Shown: positions 59,511-64,000 of the stretch, in pieces
Layout of the letters: every line of letters begins with the position of its first letter
How positions within the stretch are numbered: the stretch's first letter is position 1
Assembly: GCA_030390025.1 (NCBI GenBank)
Contig: CM059438.1
Span: forward strand, 66,838,001-66,902,000
Source: Squalus acanthias
Lineage: Eukaryota
Reading direction: 5' to 3'
Length of the DNA: 64,000 nucleotides
The notes under the pieces: model-generated
Told to the model about the DNA's origin: nothing
Databases searched by the model: none
Seen by the model: the letters and a program-made list of their open reading frames with translations, nothing else
Made by a program: the position numbers and the translations under genes

Positions 59511-61289
59511 GAACATGTTAGCCAAATTGGTATTATGAGATAAACTGCAGTACCAGGTATCTCAACTTGTATCAATATTGGTGTAACTATGTATCTTTAG
59601 TTAAGGACAGGAAGTTCTCTCTCTATTCCTTCCTTCTGACCTGGAACTGTTTGTATGATTGACAGCGCTAAGATTGGTAACAAATACAAACTACGCAGCT
59701 TGAAGCTGAGCAATCGTTTCCAGTTCGTTATTAACTGAACTTAATATCAGATGCAATGTTACTGTTTTCTCTGCTGTATTGTATTCATTTTTGTAGTAAC
59801 ATTGTTATATTTTGTGTCTCTGCTCCTGAGATTGGTTTAAGTTAACCTAATGCCGATGTTTCTGTGTAATTCCTGACACACACACTTCTTTCCTGTTTTG
59901 GCTTCTCATCTCCTAATCCTACCAATTTTATTTTACTTGCTGCTCCAATGGGCCATCGTAAGCCACATGCATCAGAGACTCTATCCCAAAGCCTTAGTGT
60001 AGCATTTATTATGCGTTGCGGCCAGCCCAGTACCTCCTTGATGTACATCAGGTCACGCTGACTTTAATTCTTTGTGAAATCAAAATGTTGTGCAGACTGT
60101 CACACTATTTAAACGAAAGCTCTGTGACATTGTCCCTGGAAAACTCGATGAAACTGTTTCCAGTTGAAAATTTAACCAGCGTGTGATGATACAGCTGCCA
60201 TGGAATAGTAGAGCATTAATCCTGTTGAAGGAGTCCTCCATGAAATGGCTGTAAGATGATCTTATCTGGTATAGTCCTTATAAAAGCATATCCCTTACCC
60301 CATTGCGTTGCATATTTATTATTGTGCATTAAGTGACATTTAAAATGCACTCCCTGAATTCGAAGCATTTTTTATGCACAGAAATAATCTTTTAGAATCC
60401 TCTAATATAAAATAAAAACAGAAAATGTTGGAACTGCTCAGCAGGTCAGGCAGCATCTGTGGAGAGAGAAACAGACTCCTCTAGTTGGCTTCCAGATTCC
60501 GGCTGTATTAGGATACACCACCCCCTCCCCGCCCCATACCTTCTTAGTTTTCAACCTTAAGCCAAAATGGTAATGTAAAGGTCATTATGAATAAACTATT
60601 GGAATTGGTGCAGCTTCTGAAAATGCTGATATTCTTAGCATTATAATGGGTGTAAGCCATAGCCAGGCAAGAGGTAGAGTGAATAGAGTGCAAAATGTTT
60701 TGTCCAGACTTAGCTGGTCATTAGTTCGAGTTCCTGCTGGTGAGGGGAGAGAGAGCAGCATTTCAAAGGGTAGAAACAACAGAAGAAAGACAGAACCAAT
60801 TTGGGGTGAGGGACTTTAATAATGATGCAGCCCACACATTAAGAAATAACCACAAATGACCAACTCGAAAGGCAACAGTAGCTGTTAGTCATACAAAAGG
60901 TGGCTGGGAATTAAATATATTTTTTAGAAAAGATTGTGTAAAGCAGAAAGAGGAATCAAAACCATTTTATTTTTTGCTTTGTTTGAGGTTGTTCAATTGC
61001 AAAAAATCAGATATTGTTCAGAAAAGGCATTGGGTAAAGATTTTGTGGAGCAATTGGTAATGGCAAAGATGTTAAATGAATTCCTCATGTCCAGGTCAAA
61101 TTCTGGATCCTGTCAACTGATCCAAGAGACTGTGATGTAATAGGCCAGTAAAGCTTGTGTTATGAAAATACTCAAAGCACGAAATGTTGAAGAGCATCTG
61201 GATCAATATATATTTCACTGTGTATTATCTGTAAATAAATCTATTAGCTTCAGCCTATGTGCGTTAAGAAAGGATGCACCCCACCAGAT

Positions 61290-62060
61290 ATTGCCCCTCT
61301 CCATAGAATATATAGTCAACAAAGGTCACACGAGGACCTTGGTGAGAAGTGTGCTTCACCACAGAGGCAATACAGCAGTTCTGCCACCTACTCCATGAGG
61401 TTCTGCAGTCATGGTCATCTGCCTATACTGCTCTCTCTGTAGCTATGACGATGACCACAGCACTCAACTTTTGTGGCACTTTTGTGGCTCATTTCAGGCA
61501 GCCACAAGGGATCTCTGTAATATGGCATGCGTTTGTCAGGTGACTGCGTACTTTACAGAGGAACTATCAAACTTGACATCACAGCAAGGCAGCAGCGAGA
61601 TATGACCATCCAGTTTTAAGGGGCTGCTGGCTTTTCCAAGGTCCTGGCTGGTATTCATGACATGTAGGATGCTTTGTGAACTCCTATTAAAAAAAAACTT
61701 CTCAACTACCTCAACAGGGAGGACTTCCACTCTCTCTGAACATACAGATTGTGGCGACAACATACAGACATTCTACATGTCAACGCCAGATACATTGGAA
61801 GTTGTCACAACGCATTCATCATTCAGAATTCCGACCTCCTTGACCTCTTCATGGATGAAAATCATACCAATCCATGGCATGTCGGTGACCAAGCCTACCG
61901 CGTGGATAATGACCTCAATAAGAGTGGCCCAAACAGCAGCAGATGAATGCTACAATGAGGCACATGCCTTTACACGATCGGTCATCAAGAGCACCATTGG
62001 GGTCTTAAATGGATGCTTTTGTTGCCTAGACATGTTGGGAGGGGCTCTACAGAATAGGTG
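61290..62060 (+). pseudogene. fossil Harbinger transposase
   Basis: FTTEAIQQFCHLL, ALSVA...TTALNF, GSFQAA, VNARYIGSCHNAFI, TRSVIKSTIGVL...FCCLD..GGALQ, colinear with 13567-14727. Many frameshifts. Confidence 0.85.
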
Positions 62061-62199
62061 AGCATTAGCCCCATGAGTAAGGAGACAGAGAAAAGGGTAG
62101 AAGCTTGTGGCTGTGTGGTGCTTCACAAGAATGCCAGGTGACAGTGATGTTCAGTCACTAACCTGGCACCAGCAATATGCCCCTAATCTTGCCATCTCC

Positions 62200-62700
62200 C
62201 AGCAGCTTCTCCATGAGTTCCATGGCCACCTCCTTATAGGGCATGAGGTGACCTGTCTCTCGTGTGCATTGTGCGCCATTTTCTTCTGCAACAAGATTGA
62301 GTAAATGAGACGAAGGCTAGCTAGTGTGTGCCATCGGAGAGCCAGTGTAAGAACTGTGGTGCTATCAGTCTGTTAAGGTGTAGGAAAGGAATTTAGGGTT
62401 GTGTATGCAAATAACTATTAAATGACATGGTAGTCATAGTGTAAGATCCAGAGTTAGTGCTCCCCCCCTTAACCGGAGTGTATTGTGAAGGGTTAGTTGT
62501 GCAGCTATTGCTTTGAGAGGGTGAAGAGTTTGCTGGTGCCCAGTGTGGGCAAGGAAGGAAAGGGAGAATCGTCAATATGTTAACTTGCTTGCTCTGGTCA
62601 TGACATTGAACTTTTTTGTGGCACTATTTTGCAGTCCTGGGAGTGAGAGAGTTGGCGGTACAGTATGGTCAGTGACAGTACAGTTCCCTCCACATTGCAT
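62200..62700 (-). pseudogene. fossil Harbinger Myb/SANT gene (exons 1-2)
   Basis: WRE...NSLTPRTAK*CHKK-FNVMTR at ~62585-62695, and TTGTTGCAG|KKMAHN starting at 62285. Confidence 0.7.
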
Positions 62701-63814
62701 AAGGGACATTTCTGGCACATTTCCTGCCATGGACATTTGAGTTCAGTTTCACTGAGCAGGGATTGCAGGTTAGACAACCTGAAATTGTGGCATCTTCTTC
62801 CCTGCCTGTGTGTCAGGCCCTGCTCCCTTGTTTGGCTGCATGTGGGAAGACATTCTTGAACAGCGACACAAAACCATTCATGAGACATGCAGTCACGCCA
62901 TCTGACAGTCAGGTGATTGAGCCGAGCACTGTTCCTTCTTCATGTGCTGATGGAAACTTCAGCCAGGACTGTCTTTCTGAAGGCCGCTCTCTAGTTTCCA
63001 GCAGTTGACGCATGTTTTACGACAATCACTTCTCCAATGGATATACAAATGTGCTGACCCAGGAAATTCTTGTGTAAGTATCTCTCTCGGCCTTCGGTAC
63101 GTGCAACACTTGTTCCAAACGTGGAGCAACTCTGTGTGAAAATTCAGGGTGGATTGCAGAAGGGCCAAAAACAGGGATCGATTTTGGGGCAGAAAACCAG
63201 CGTAAACAGCTCCTGTCCCAATTTCCTGTTACAAAAAGTTACTGGCACCAATTTGGCGCTGACATTACATCAAGAATGGCATGGAAGTTCCCTCCCAGTT
63301 CCAATTACAACAGTGACTACATTGGCTGTAAAGCGCTTTGAGACGTCCGGTGGTCGTGAAAGGCGCTATATAAGTCTTCCAAGACTTTCTTTTATTTATT
63401 ATGCTCCCTCCTCTGCAGGATGTGCCGACCCTGTGCTAGGGTGCAGTTATGTGGGCACCGGCGACCCTCTGATATTTTTCCCAAGTGACCATTCTCCATG
63501 CATGAGCCTAGAGTGAGCATCAACATGCTCTTCAACTCATCCAAACCTGACCCCATCATCGCTCAGTATCTACATGCAAGGACTCTCCAGGAAGGGTCCA
63601 TGAATGGTAGTCAGAATCTCTGGAGCATTTCCTGCTTTTTCCCTTCCATAGCCCAGGAGTGCTGAGGACAATTAGCAGCCCAATTACTGCCATTTCTGAG
63701 GTCAGTTAACTCCTTATAGATTCAGAATTAAATCTGGGATCTGCTGGTCTATATAGCACTAGTTCATTGCAATAAATGTTGCTTTATCCAAACACAATTG
63801 CACAAAAACCTATT

Positions 63815-64000
63815 CATAGAATTACATAGAATTTACAGTACAAGAACAGGCCATTCGGCCCAACTGGCCTATGCCGGTGTTTATGCTCCACAGTAGCCTC
63901 CTCCCACCCTATTTCATCTAACCCTATTCAGATAACTACATCATAGAATCATAGAAAGTTACAGCATGGAAGGAGGCCATTTCGGCCCATCGTGTTCGCG
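63815..64000 (-). mobile_element. two adjacent CR1 3' ends
   Basis: CATAGAA tails each followed by GGCCATT(T)CGGCCC. Confidence 0.8.

Overview
Vertebrate genomic DNA, very probably a cartilaginous fish (HE1-type V-SINE, Deu-domain SINEs, abundant CR1 and L2). Most of the window is nested transposable elements. Two elements look intact. One is a 4.2-kb PIF/Harbinger transposon (11006-15239) with a 3-exon Myb/SANT gene and a convergent DDE transposase. The other is a very young 4.4-kb Mag-type Gypsy retrotransposon (33902-38342; LTRs 193/194 identical; one 1318-aa ORF). The Gypsy element has no tRNA primer-binding site. It instead has an 11-nt sequence complementary to its own LTR (Tf1-like self-priming geometry), and its RT motif reads YLDN. 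Other notable items: a 190-bp palindromic Penelope-like insertion with two mirror-image minimal hammerhead ribozymes; a full-length Tx1/L1-clade LINE inserted in the tRNA-derived head of a DeuSINE; an ORF1-less LINE with a tRNA-like head plus a SINE made of its two ends; many Harbinger-type MITEs; a fossil Harbinger; and a few phase-compatible candidate exons of an unidentified host gene. Family names come from recognising motifs by eye, not from database searches. Boundaries of decayed elements are approximate.
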